Source: the human T2T-CHM13v2.0 reference genome, Homo sapiens. From it: a DNA stretch of 64,000 nt. The DNA lies in NCBI GenBank assembly GCA_009914755.4, contig CP068257.2, positions 43,360,001 through 43,424,000 on the forward strand. Reading direction: 5' to 3'. Shown piece after piece: positions 11,130 to 24,200 of the stretch (within the stretch, counting starts at the first letter, position 1; each line of letters opens with the position of its first letter). The translations under genes were made by a program, and so were the position numbers. A model generated the notes under the pieces. The model was given only the letters and a program-made list of their open reading frames with translations. It searched no databases and was not told the DNA's origin.

Positions 11130-14100
11130 CTCCACATCCTCATCAACACTTGATACTGTCAGTCTTTTTCATTTTAGCCATTTTAATGTGTGGACAGTGG
11201 CATTTTATGGTGGTTTTAATTTCCGTGGTAACTAATGATGTCGATCATCTTTTTTTTGTGTTTTGATCTGAATTTCTATGTCTTCTTTGAGGGATTTTCT
11301 ATTCAAAACTTTTGCCCATTTTTTAATGGTGTTATTAGTTTTCTTATTATTGAATTTTGGGAGTTCTTTAAGGCATGCTGGAGTCTTATCAGATTCATCA
11401 TTTGCAAATATTTTCTCCTGCTTTGTTGCCAATCTCTTCATTCTCTTAAACATGTCTTTTGCAGAGCAGAAGTTTTACATTTTGATGAATTCTAGTTTAT
11501 TCATTTATTTTGGCGTTGAATTTAAGAAATTTCTGCCTAACCTACAAAGATTTTCTCATATGTTTTCTTCTGGAAGTTTTATAGTTTTAGGTTTTACATT
11601 TAGATCTATAATCCATTTTGAGTTCATTTTTTATATGGCCCTGGGGTATAGATCAATGTTCCCTCTTCCATGTGGCTATTCCGTTGTTTTAGCACCGCTT
11701 GTTGAAAAGACCCTCTTTTCTTCACTGAGAGTCTTTTGTCAAAAACCAATTGTCCATGTGTGTATGGCTCTATTTCTGAGCATTTTATAAACACACTGTC
11801 TTGGTTACTACAGCTTTATAAAGTCTAAAAATCAGCTAGTGTAAATCCTCCAACTTTGCTCTTATCTTCCAACGATGTTCTGGTTGTTATAGGGCCTTTG
11901 CCTTTCTATGTGAATTTTAGAATGAGTTTGTCAAATCCTCTTCGAAAAAAAAGCCTTTTGAGACTTCAGTTGGGATTTTGCTGAATGTGCAGATCAATTT
12001 GGGGATAACTTCTGTCTTACGCACATGGAGTCTCAGCCCATGAAGATGGTGTAAGTTTTCATTTCTTATGTCCTCTTTCGTTTACTCAGCAATGTTTTCT
12101 CATTTTATGTGTACAAGACTTTCACACCTTCTATCAGATTTATCCCTAGTTCATAATTTTGATGTTACGACAAGTGTGTTGTTCTTTCCATTTTAATTTC
12201 TGGCTGTCCGTTGCTGGGGTATGGAAATGCAGTGACTCTTGGCATTGATCTTGACCTTGCAACCTTGTGATGCTCACTCTTCAGCTCCAGCAGCTTTTTG
12301 TTTCGTGAATTCCATTAGATTTTTTTGCATAGATGAACTTGTCTTCTGCAAATAAAGACAGTATTATTCTTTTCTTCCCAATAACGATGCCTTTCATTTT
12401 CTTTTTTCCTTCCTAATTGCCCTGACTAGAACCTCCTGTGCAATGCTGAATGGGACCATTGAGAGTGCTGTCCCTGACTTGTTCCTGGCCTCAGGGGAAG
12501 CACTCAGTCTTTCACAAGTAGGTGTGATGTCAGCTGTCGGGTGTTCAGAGATGCCTTTTATCAGGTTGAAGAAGTTGCTTCTACTCCTGTTTGCCAAGAG
12601 TGTTTTGAGAATGCATGTTGGAATTTGTCAAATGCTTTTTCTGTGTCTATTGAGACAATCACATTGTTCTTCTTTCAGTTTGTTAATATGGTGACTTAAA
12701 TTGATTTTTACGTGTTCAATCCTTAAGACAATCCTGATATATTGGGGAAAATTCTCCTTGGTTATGATGTATCATCTTTTTAATATGTTGTTGGGTTCAA
12801 TTTAGTAAGCTTTTGTTTAGGACTTCTAAAGGGGGATGCTTGTTCCTATATTCTTCTCCTGTAATGTCTTTGGTTTTCATATCAAGATCATGCTGGCCTC
12901 CTGGAAGGACTTGAGAAAAATCCCTGCTTTTCAACTTTCTGGAAGAGCTTATGTAGAATTGCTATTAGCTCTTTCTTAAATGTTGGCTGGAGCTCCCCTG
13001 TGAAGCCGTCTAAGCCCGGGGTTATTTTGTATGTGAGAGGGGAAGATTTTTAACTACAGATTCAATTTGCTCATCAGCCTTCTGCTGCCTCTCAGGGGCC
13101 CTCTGTGCCTTTCCAGGGTTCTCGCTAGGTGCAGCTCCCCTCTCTCACCCTCTGCCCTGCAAGCTGTGGCTGCCTTGGTCTCCCCGACTCTCAGCGTCCT
13201 CAACTCAGGAGATCCCTGGCTCCACCTGCGTCACCTCCCAGCACTGTGACCTGGAAACTCTCTCCGGGAGGTCGGCCGGGCCCTCAGAGGGCTCATCGCG
13301 TCCGTGTCCCATTTCTCGGGTCACGGCTCCTTTTTGTCTGATGCCCATTGCCTTGAGGACCCTGGTTTCAATAGTCTTGTCTCTTATTTAGTTGTTTTGG
13401 GCAGATAAGTACATTCAGCCCCTGTCACTCCATCTTGTCTAGAAGTGGAAGTCTACTGTCTTTTATTTCTTTCACTAGAATAGTAATTTAATACATGTTT
13501 ATTGTAGGAAATCTAGAAATACAAAGATACATGAAGAAAATGGTAGGAATCACTTATAGTCTCACCGACAGCTAACACGTTTAGTGTTCTCAACAGCACA
13601 ATATTCTCCATCTCTGCTGAGACCCATCCCAGCAGAGGGGTGCCCGCACGGCGAGGCCGGCACAGGCCCGCGTGGGACCCACTGCCAACGCCGAAGCCAG
13701 GGTGTGACCTCTAGCTGCAGGGCCAAGGCACTGAGGGGCAGCCCCACTCACCCCTCCTTCCAACCTCTCCAGCAACAATCGGTGAGCCCCGACCCTGCCT
13801 GGAACCCTGGGGCCAGGTCGTCTGTCTGGACAGCGGCCTACAGGGAACGCACCAGAAGGTGTGGTGGGGTGGTGCCTCCCACCAAATCCACCAAAATTTG
13901 AGGAGCAGCCGCATCAAGCCCCTTTCATTGCACGTCTGAATCCCCACGCGTGGCGTTTCCTTAGAGGCAATTTCTGAAAAAGGGATTTCTGCTCAAAGTG
14001 TGTGAGCCTGTCAGGCTCTGCCCAGTATGCCAAGTCTGCAGGACCGCGTCACATTTGACCAGATAATTATTTGGGAACAGCACCCGCATGGAGCAGCCCC

Positions 14101-15846
14101 ACAGAAGCTTCGAGCCCACACCTGGGTTCTGGCCCATTGTGTTCACGCCCCCCACACCCCGCCCGACCCCAGCTGCCGCAGGAGGGCCGGCTGATAGAGG
14201 TGGTGCAGACATTGGTCCTCACAGCCGGGCAGCCTTGAGGGGACCACACACCGCCCCGCCCAGGGCCTCCAGCACCTCGGCTCACTGCCCCGGTTCCAGC
14301 AGGAATGGGGGCCACACAACCCGAGAAACACAGACCACGCCACTGCCGAGCTGCACGAGCTTCAGCTGCAACAAATCGCCACAGAGCAGGCAGCTGCAAC
14401 ATCAGAAATGGACGTTCTCACAGCTCCAGGTCCAAAGTGGTTTCACTGGGCACAATAAAGGTGTAAGGTGTCTGCAGGACTCCTCGAGGCTCCTGCCGCC
14501 TCAGCCCCCGCGCTGCCCCCTTGGCCTCCCTCTCGTGGCCAGCAGAGCAGCACAGCGCTGGTGACACGTGGTCTGGTGGGGCAGACCTCCCCTGCTAAGA
14601 ACACCAGAGGCGCCTCAGTCCCACCCGGATGATCCGAGATAATCCCCCGTCTCAGGGCCTCTCACTGAGTCCCCCCTGCAAACATTCCTGCCAGGTGAGG
14701 TCACTTTCCAGGGATTGGGGCCCGGACATTCCAGGGCCATCACTCAGCCCACCACACAGTGAAAGCACAGGATGCAGTGTCACAATCAGACCAAAGAACT
14801 GTTCCTTAGCTCCTCTTAGGGGCAGAATAGAGAGCACAGGGCTGAGGAGTGGCCCCCTCATGGTCCCCCTATCTCACCTGCCTCAGGTCACCTCCAGACC
14901 CTTTAACACCCAATGGTGACATTTCAGAGGCAAGGAACAGATGGACAGAAATCAGGGATTTGTGCCTGCAGGGAGTGGTGGGCGGGGTTCAGGGCTGAGC
15001 GAAGGAAGCTCCGGCAGACAGGTCCTGGCAGGAGGCTGCAGAGAGGAGGCGGCACCTGAGCCCGAAGGGAGCAGCTGGGGAAGAGGTGTCTGGATGGGAC
15101 ATGCCTGCCACTGACCCAAGTCTGTTCCTGTGGGTTACCCATTTCCCACGTAGACTTCTTAAGGATGGCAGCCTGGGCAATGCCCTTGTCTCTGTCCCCA
15201 ACGCACACCTGGAACTGAGGGGGGAACGCATCTGTAGTGAAAGGAAGAGAAAGAGTAAAGCTGCAGCAACTCTTGGAGGGCTGAACCTGGGAGCCCAGGG
15301 AGGTGAAAGCAGATGGAGGCCCCAGTCCTGGGGAGGTGAAGGCAGGGGCAGAGGGGCCTTGATGGTGGTGGGGCGTGGTGGGGGCGTTGCAGAAACAGCA
15401 GCCAGGCTGGTGACTCTGGGGACTCCCCCTGCAGGGAGAGGGAGGCCCCGGCTAAAGGCCAAGGCTGCCCCGCACCCAGCGAGCTGTGCAAACAGCCAGC
15501 AGAAGGCCCACCGGCCCTCTGGGGACAGAGCTGAACTCACCCTGGGCTCTGCAGTACCACCAGGGGCAGCCTGCTGCTACAGGGCGGGCTCACACCTGGG
15601 GGAGCTGTGGGCAAGCAGGCCCTACCTTGGGGGCTGGCACTGCTGTGGGTCCCCTGGCTTTCACAGACCGACCACTCATGCCACCGGCACCAAGCGGACC
15701 TGGGACCTGCACGCCCTCGGCTCATCTGAGGGTGATACTGATGGGCTGTGCAAGGTCCCCAGACGCTGATGGGACCTCGATCCCAGCCAGTGTCAGGGCT
15801 CTTGACACCACCGCGAGAAGGAATTCAAGGACAAGTCCGAAAATAG

Positions 15847-16406
<560 letters not shown>

Positions 16407-19400
16407 TAGGATGTTAATGAGCGTATCATGAGGTCCTAGGTGAAACCCGGGTCAAATCCAGCACCGGGGTGGGTCCAGTTGGTCTTAGCCAGCTGGGCCC
16501 GCACTCTGGTTTTCAGGGTCTTACAGCCTGAAATCTATTTCAACAGTTCCCTTTGGCTGGTCCTGGAAAACTGCTGCCTGGAATTTTCTATCCTCTTGCA
16601 ACCACCCTGTATGATTCCTGTCTCAGGGGATCTGAACTCCTGTTCCCAGGGGGAAGACAGCAGGAAGCCAATACACACACACACTGTGGGCAGAGAGAAA
16701 CCAAGTGGCAGAGGGGAGAGAGACAAGAGGGGCCGCCCCCGCCGAGCAGGGCCTGGTTGGGGGAGGAGCCACTCGGGGCCCTGGGCGGAGACAGAAGGGG
16801 CAGCAGGTGCGAAGCTGGCAGGTTCAGCCCGGGCCAGGGGAGCCGAGAGAGGTGCGGCGAGGGGCAGGGAGGCAGGAAACAGTGTGCCAGGCCCCTGGGC
16901 CTTGAGAGGGGTTAGGGTTGAACTCTGAGTGCAACAAGAGGCCCAGGAAGTTTCCAGCACGGAGGCAGACAGGACCTAGTGTGACAGCGAGGCTCCCATA
17001 GTGCCGTGCGCCAGCTAGCATTATAAGGACTTTGCATTTATTAACTATTCTTATTTCAATGTACGGAAAAGGCTGAGGCCAGACGCACAGGCAGCTGCGC
17101 CAGGCTGGGACTCCCCACTGGCAGCCACCATGGGGCTCTGGAAGCCCCTCCTGTGCTGAATGGAGAGCCCCAGGATCTTTGCTCATCTCAATCTTTGTCA
17201 ATTCTTCCGACACCCCTCACAAATGTGAGTGGTTGGTCTAAGCTGGTCACAGTGGGAGAACCCCTGGCTTTGGGGATTGGCTCACGGTGGTCCAATCAGC
17301 ACAAAGCCCTGTTGCGGTCACAGCCACCCCAAGATGGGAGGGGCAGCGTGGGCAGAGGGTGGAAATGGCCCCCCATCTCAACCATCCCACAGCCCTGGAT
17401 CAGCCATGCCTGAAGCCCCTGCTGCCCTGAGCTGCCCAGCTCTGGGAGCAGTGAAGGTTCTGGGAGCCAGTGAAGGTTTTGAGGGGTGGGCAGTGTGAGA
17501 AGAGGCTCCTGTTCGTTGCACCTGGAGCATCCTGAAGGTAGCAGGAAGGTTGTAGAACCGGGATGGGGCCACAAGACAGGAGGAAAGGAAAAGCAGGGGA
17601 GGGGAGGGGCAGGGCAGGGGAAAGGGGGCCGTGGAGGTGCTCGGGGGGCATCAGGAGCAGAATCCACACCTTGTCACCCCCACAGCCCCCACCTCTGCAG
17701 ATCTCCAAGGCTTGAGGAGCCCCTCACACTCACTGAATGAGCCCTGAGGACCCCTGACGGGGCCTCCAGACTCAGAGTCCTGTTTGTGGGGCCACGGCCC
17801 AGCCTGCCCTTGCTAAGTAACTCTGAACTCGATTTAGACACTGGGGAAGGATTCTGAATTCAGTCCAGCGTGAATGCAGCCGTGAGGCCAGGGTGAGGCG
17901 GCCCTCACGGTGGTGATTGCCTAGAAGTTTCTTATGAAGCAGCACACACATAGTGTGACCGTCTATATGGGACTCAAAACAGGCAGAGACACCCGTGGAG
18001 ACAGAGGTTAGAGCCACAGCCACGTGGCCAGGGTGGTGTGGACCTGTTTCTGGATCTGCCGCTTTAAAGTGTGTGTTTGGTTCGTGAACACTTGCTGGGG
18101 GTCCACTTACGCTTTGTGAAACTGGGCTGGGAACCTCACCTTGTAGAAGCTGCTGGAAGCAGAACACAGCATCCCTATGAGGGGGTGTGCAACTTTTAGG
18201 GGGCTGTGTCCCACAGCACAATGGGTAACTCATTTGTTTGAAAGCTGTAAGGCAAAACACATTTTTTTCTTTGCCTTTTTGTTGGTAGTCTGCATAAACT
18301 CAGCTGTTTTCTAGAAGTCAGCAAATAGCCATCCGTTTCCCTCCATGATGCCAAGGGGCCAGATGTTCGGGGAATTGCCCAGCAGACGTGGCTGCACCCC
18401 TCTGAGAGCCAGCCCAACCCAGCTCCGGCCTTGGTGGCTCCTGGTGGAAAAGCCTCTGCCCCCAAGCGTCCCCTTGGTCCAGGAGAAAGGCGGAGGCAGC
18501 CCGGCTGCTCATGCCAGCACAGCCTCCATCAAATTAAACATTCTATCCATTTACTTGATGGATGTTTGACCAGAGGAATCCAAAATTTAAATGTAAGCAG
18601 TGAGCCTGCTTTAAAGTGAATGGCTCATTAGGAAACAAAGCATCCCATGAGATCAATACTTGGCTTCTGAGCTCTGCTTTTCTGAAGGGATCGCTAAACG
18701 CCAGCAGGCAGGAGCAGCCAGGAGCTCCAATACCTTGGAGGGGGCGTTGAGCAGGCATCTGCACCAGCTAGGTTTTGGGGTGACTGCACCCCTTGAGTTG
18801 TGCGGCTGGGTGTCTTCTGGTGACGGACAAGCATGCTTCTCACTGTGGGAGCTGTCACCATCGCACACACCAGGCCCTGTTGAGACGTCAGGGCAGTAAC
18901 AGGGAAGCTTCCTCAGGCTCAGAAGGAACAGATGGGCCCTGTCGGGGAGTCGGGGAGTCAGGGAGCCGAGGCCAGCCATGGAAGTCCTCAGCCAGGGAGG
19001 GTCCACATCTGGGGGAATCATGCCCAGGTGTGAGGCCCTGGGCTGGACAACAGCAGAGACAGGATGACCCAGGGGTGGTCTGCTGGTCCTGGCCCTCGTC
19101 CCCTGCTGGGAGGATGTCCAGTTAGGCCTGGAGCAGTGCCAGACCGTCCACCGCAGCCAGTGGGGGCTGCTGACGAGGATGCCTCCGATGTGTTTATCCA
19201 CAGTGTCACTTCCTTTTTATTATAAAGGGAATGTGTTTCCTTTTGGGAACTTGAGAAAATACAGATTGGCAAAATGAGGACAATGCAAATCGATCGTATT
19301 CCAGCCACTCAGATACAATGACTGTTGGTGTTTATTCCACTGCGTGACATTTCATCTGGACATGGGGCCCCACTGTTGGTGTCCATCACTGTGCACCATC

Positions 19401-19840
19401 CTTGTGACCGGATGCTCCACGTTCCCTGCGTGCACACACTACAAAGCCCAGCCCGCTTTGTAGACATTTGGTTATTTCCAGATTCTCACTATTGTGAATA
19501 ACACAGCAATGAATACTGTGGTGACCTTATGTCGTTCATCTGCCTAATGTCTATTTGGGGACCCTCCCCCAACTCTTGGCTTGGTTGGGGCTGGTCCCAC
19601 TCCCAGCTCCAGGTGTGGGTGAGTCAGGCTGGGCTAGTCAGAGCCTCTCACCCTCCTAGTCACAGAAATGGGGTTGGGGATGGTTGCGTGGCCTGAGCCA
19701 AACCCATCAGAGCCCTCCCAGGGCTTCTGCCGAAATGCAGGGAAGGAGACACCCTCTGTTACTGGAGCTTGCTGGCCCCCGAGGGGACCTCTGGCCCACC
19801 ATGGGGGAGAGCCAAGCTGGAAAGTATCAGGGCTGTAAGA

Positions 19841-19915
19841 GACTTGAGTGGATAGGACTTGAGTGGACAGGACCTGAGTGGACAGGACCTGAGTGGACAG
19901 GACTTGAGTGGGCAG
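19841..19915. repeat. 15-bp tandem repeat x5 (gacYtgagtggRcag)
   Basis: gacttgagtggatag gacttgagtggacag gacctgagtggacag gacctgagtggacag gacttgagtgggcag. Confidence 0.9.
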
Positions 19916-20004
19916 CTCTCCAGGGGAGACGTGGAGATGGCCAGTTGGCACATGTAAAGATGCTCAGCACCTGTAATCACCAGGGGAGTGCAGGGAAAAG
20001 TTAC

Positions 20005-20395
20005 ACCCATTAGGATGGCTACTATTAAAAAAAAAAACAAAACAGAAAATGACAAGTGTGAGGATGTGGAGAGACTGAAACCCTTGCGCTCTGCTGGCGG
20101 AGTGTAAGATGGTGCAGCCGCTATGGAAACCAGTATGGCGGTTCCTCAGAAAATTAAAAATAGAATTACCATAGGAGCCAGCAACCCCCTTGTGGGTCTA
20201 TACCCAGAAGAATTGCGGGTCTGGAAAAGACCTTTGTAGCCCATGTTCACAGCCGCGTTGTTCACGTTGGCTAAACGCCGGAGCAGCGGCGCCTCCAGGG
20301 AGGGTGGATGGGTGAACACGATGTGGGCCCCACGACAGCAGGACCGATGCAGCCTTTGAAGGAAGGGAATTGGGACGCAGCTGCCAGGGGTAAGC
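20005..20395 (+). mobile_element. Old L1 ORF2 C-terminal remnant, progressively GC-converted towards the CpG island
   Basis: cccattaggatggctactattaaaaaaaaaaacaaaacagaaaatgacaagtgtgaggatgtggagaga...aagatggtgcagccgctatggaaaccagtatggcggttcctcagaaaattaaaaatagaattaccatagga... is recognisable as L1 ORF2 3' consensus. Further right, gtggatgggtgaacacgatgtgggccccacgacagcaggaccgatgcagcc...gaaggaagggaattgggacgcagctgcc still parallels L1 gatgaatggataaacaaaatgtggtatatacatacaatggaatattattcagcc...aaaggaaggaaattctgacacatgctac. Confidence 0.55.
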
Positions 20396-20904
20396 GTCGG
20401 GCCACGAAGGCCACGGGCCTGGGTCTCGCGTGGGGCCTTCATTGGGAGGAACAGCGAAGAGGCCACCCCCGCCCTCAGCCGTTCGTGCACTTGGTCCAGG
20501 CGGGACCCGGCAGGACCCCCAGCAGCCCCGGGAAGCGCCCGGACGACGGCACGGGGGCCCCAGGGCGCCGCGAAGGAAGCCCCCCGAGGGCGAGGCCGGG
20601 CGAGGCCAGGGGGCCGGGGCCAGAGGCGGTCGCGGCGGGGGTGGGTGTCCTGGAGCAGGAGCGGCAGCGGGAAACGAAGACACGCGCTTCTTCCTACTGG
20701 GGGGATGGCTGGGAAGTAAGACCGGCCGGGCCGCCGAGCCCGCTGCGAGGGGCTTCGCGTGGCGGCCGCACCTGAGCCCGAGCGCGCCCTTGAGAGGCGG
20801 CGCCCACGGGGGCAGAGACCCACGGTCCACGCGCAGACCCGGAGAACCCGCGATGTCGCCGCACGCAGCGCCGCTGTGAAGGACGGAGGCGGGGCGGGGC
20901 CCTG

Positions 20905-21065
20905 GGACAGGGAGCGGGTGGGGGCGGGGTGGGGGGGGACGGGACGGGGACAGGGAGCGGGTGGGGGCGGGGTGGGGGGGGGACGGGGCGGGGTGGGGGG
21001 GGACCGGACGGGGACAGGGAGCGGGTGGGGGCGGGGACGGGGGGCTCGGGGCCGGGTGGGGGGAG
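20905..21065. repeat. G-rich tandem repeat, about 50 bp x3 (gggacagggagcgggtgggggcggggtggggggggacgggacgg)
   Basis: Three near-identical copies read directly. G-runs of four or more predict G-quadruplex potential. Confidence 0.75.
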
Positions 21066-21199
21066 GGCCCGTCCGGGGCTGCGCGGGAAGCCCTGGGTTG
21101 GCCTTGGTGCTCTGTGATGCCCACGCTGGGTGCAAATGTTGCTTTGGTAAAAATAACAACAACGAAAGGAAAAGCCAAGCCGGACCAGCCCCACCCGCA

Positions 21200-21226
21200 G
21201 GGCCCCGGCCCCGGCCCCGGCCCCGC
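21200..21226. repeat. (GGCCCC)4 hexanucleotide run
   Basis: ggccccggccccggccccggccccgcc. Confidence 0.85.
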
Positions 21227-24200
21227 CCTTGGACTCTTCCCCGCCCCACCCCCACCCGTGGGCGAGCGAGCCCGGACCGTGAAGGGAGGGGGCGGGGCGG
21301 GGGCCCGGAGGGGCGGGGAGGGGCCGGGTCCTCCCGCGCGGGGTCCTGGAGGTCGCGGCACGCGCTCCCTGCAGGCGACCCTGGGGCGCGTCTGTCCCAG
21401 GCCCGGGCAGGACCCCCGCCCGCTGGTTGTCTGCGCGGCTGCCCCGCGCCCGCCGCCCCCGGCCGCTGTCGCGCGTTCCCAGACATTCTTTGGGCCCAAG
21501 GCTCCGGGCGTTCTGGCGGCGGCGCTGGGAAGAGGCCGGGCGCCGGCTCCCACAGCCGGGCCCTGTCCCGCTGGGCGCGGGCGATGCCATTCGTCACGCT
21601 CTATTATTGTAGGCAGCGCACCCCGGGGCTCGGTTCCCACACTGCGCCTGAGGCCTGGGGCCTGAGCGTGGGCCGCACCCGCCGACCTGGGGGGCCCTGG
21701 AGGGAGCGGCTCGGAGGGGCGCCGGTGCCTGGGCAGGTGGATCTGGGAAAGATGCCACTGTTCCTGCCACGTCACTGCTGGCTGCAGGGTCCTGAGGTGG
21801 TGGCGGTGGTCCGTGGCCTGTGTCAGCTGTCATGTGCCGGCTGCAGGGGGCGGACAGGCCAAGGGACCCACCCCGACTTTACGATTAGAGTGTTGGGCCA
21901 AGGGTTTCTCTGGTTAAAGACCTGATGACCCTCCCATTGACAGCCACGGCCCAGCCAAGACCAGCACTACGCATCCCCTGGGCACACACCCCGGTGTCAG
22001 GACTCACCATGTGAGATCTAACCTGGCGGGCGCTATTTCCAGCCACACTGGAGGTCGGAGTCCAGACTCAGTTTCCTCACCTGGGAGACCGCATGGTAGC
22101 ACCCTCTCCAGAGGTGTCTGCATGGCGCTCCGAGAAGGGCCTGGCACCCCTGTCTATGGAAGCATGTTTAAGTTCTCCCATCCACACACAGAATGCCGCT
22201 GCCTCTGCTGCCACAGTCGCATGACACAAACCACAGTTACGGGACCTGGACTCTGGAGAAACGCAGAGAACCCACGGGGCCTGGCCCTCCGCCCTCACGA
22301 GCTCCACAAGGACTCAGCGGTGACCTGTGTGAGTGAGAGTGTGTGGTCCCATCGGGACAAAGGGAGCCACGTGGCCCACTCTTGGGCTGGAAGACAGGAA
22401 AGTAGAACTGTTTTCCCCCAAAAGTGAGCAGGGCAGCCACCTGCCTGGCAACACGGGTTCCCCACACTGGGAAAACTGAGGTCAATCAGTTCGACCTGTA
22501 CCTGTGCCACAGCCACTGTCTCTGCAGACCCATGGGTGCGACCTGAACACTAGGAACAGGCCTGTGCCCTGCTCCCCAGTGGAGGTGTCTGCTCCCGCCT
22601 GTGCACACTCAGGGTCAGTTGTCATGGGGGCCATCTGATCACTGCTGCTCCTTAGCAGCCAGGACAAGCCCAGGGACGCTGCACACTGCCAAGCCCACTT
22701 CATGCAAGTCCTGGCCGGAAGTCCATGCGATTCATGCAGAATTATGTCCCCACCCCCACCCCTCCCGCAGCCTCCACAGAGCCTGACCTGAGCTGTGGGC
22801 GGTCACTGGGGAGCAGTGACCAGAAGGCACATGGTCTATGCCCAGTGAGACCCCAGCCACTGCCTGCCTTCTCTTTCCGGCGGGTCCTGGGACCACCTCC
22901 CAGATAGATGACTTACACTCAAATCCTGGACTTGAGATCTAGTTCTGAAGAAACCAAACCAAGATGGGCAAAACGTCCACAAAAAGAGAAACACGAATAG
23001 CCAACAACGACATGAAAAATGTTTAGGAATCTAAGAGAGACAAATTCTAAGGGGAGATCGTATTTCACCCTCCAGACTGACGACCTTCAGTGGCGTGGTA
23101 AGAAAGCCAGGCGTGGCGAGGCCAGCAGCACAGGATGTCCGCGCCTGACCCTCCCACGACCCTTCGGGAAGTCTTTTGGGCAATATGAACTGAGGTCATC
23201 AGAAACATGCGTTTCTGCATCTCAGCAATTTCACTGTGATGATTTACCCCAAGGAACTAATTGGATAATCGTGCAAAGAGATTCAGGTGTGTATAAGATA
23301 CTCAATGCAGGGCAAGGGCCAGGGCCAGGGATGGCTCTATCAGCAACGGGGGAAGAGGGCCAGGCCGAGGGAACATCGGGAGGCCAGTGCCAGCGGGAAC
23401 CCGTGTCCCTGTGCCTCACAGCCCCTCCCCAGACTGTCCAGCCAGTCCAGGAATCTCCCAGTCCCCCGTGATCCTGGCCATACTCCCCTGGGAGTAGCAG
23501 GAAGGTGGCCGAAAAACACAAAGCCACAGCCAACTCCCTGCACCAGCTGAGGTCCAGTGATCTCGGACACACAGGGCACTGAGAACGTGGGCTGGACGGA
23601 CACGTGGCCAGCTAGGCCCAGGACAGCCCGGACATGCTGCCCTCTTGGGTCTGATTCTCCTCCCTGGGACTTCAGGGTAAATAAGAGGCCAGAGGCCCTC
23701 TCTCCACTGGGATCGCCTGGCGGAGGGGCCACGGCCCTGGGGCTGGTGGGACCACAAGTGAGGCTGGCAGGGAGCCTGTAAAGTGAGCAGGACGAGAATC
23801 CTCTCCACAGAACGGTGACGGGCAATAAGGATGCTAATGTGGCAAAAGCTCTCCATAAACAGTAAGCGCTGAGTGTGCAGAAATAATTTTATTTTTATCA
23901 TCGCGTGTCCTGCTGTGCTGATCATCTGACTGCACGTTGAGACTGTGCTTTTCCGATCTCTCAGGTAGGGTGGCCCTACCAGGATCACTAACCCATGAGC
24001 AGGACAGGTGTGCAAGAGACCCCTGCTCACTCCAGTCCCCGCTCAGAGAACCATGGCCCCAGCAGGGTGCACGTGGCCTGCCCTTTGATCTAGTTGTCTT
24101 GGCCGATGACACAAGGTCATCATTCCTCAGCACTGGGTTGCCGCGGGAACAGAGAGGCCAAGGCCAGGCGAGTGTCCGTCCTGTCCAGTGGGATCCTTGC

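Larger units (their letters stand above)
20265..21790. promoter_or_regulatory. CpG island, about 1.5 kb, very high GC and CpG density; candidate promoter of an unidentified gene, or a recombination/gBGC-driven GC spike
   Basis: Dense CpG (ccgcgttgttcacgttggctaaacgccggagcagcggcgcc...gcgcgccc...cgcgatgtcgccgcacgcagcgccgctg...). Contains G-rich tandem repeats and (GGCCCC)4. The six-frame ORFs here are Pro/Gly/Arg-rich artefacts. Confidence 0.6.

Noticed and set aside
11278-11790. 170-aa + strand ORF containing FAHFLM..L..F, which looks like L1 ORF2p; similarly 27258..27458 + and 27680..27862 +
   Set aside because: These are antisense-frame ORFs of L1 copies whose true ORF2 remnants lie on the minus strand (11232..11453, 12394..12597, 26895..27254, 27607..27795). 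The L1 copies are truncated and interrupted, so no intact transposon protein is encoded.
13440-13640. AT-rich patch resembling an old L1 3' end (…ttattgtaggaaatctagaaatacaaagatacatgaagaaaa…tcacttatagtctcacc…cagctaacacgtttagtg)
   Set aside because: The similarity is only motif-level and I cannot delimit or orient it confidently. It is probably an L1ME-type fragment but was not listed as a feature.
20146-21775. Very long minus-strand ORFs (483 and 525 aa), and + strand ORFs of 388 and 234 aa, across the CpG island
   Set aside because: They are extremely Pro/Arg/Gly/Ala-rich low-complexity translations, open in several overlapping frames on both strands at once. That is the expected behaviour of 75-80% GC DNA, where stop codons are rare. 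There is no start-codon context, no splice or poly-A logic and no recognisable domain.
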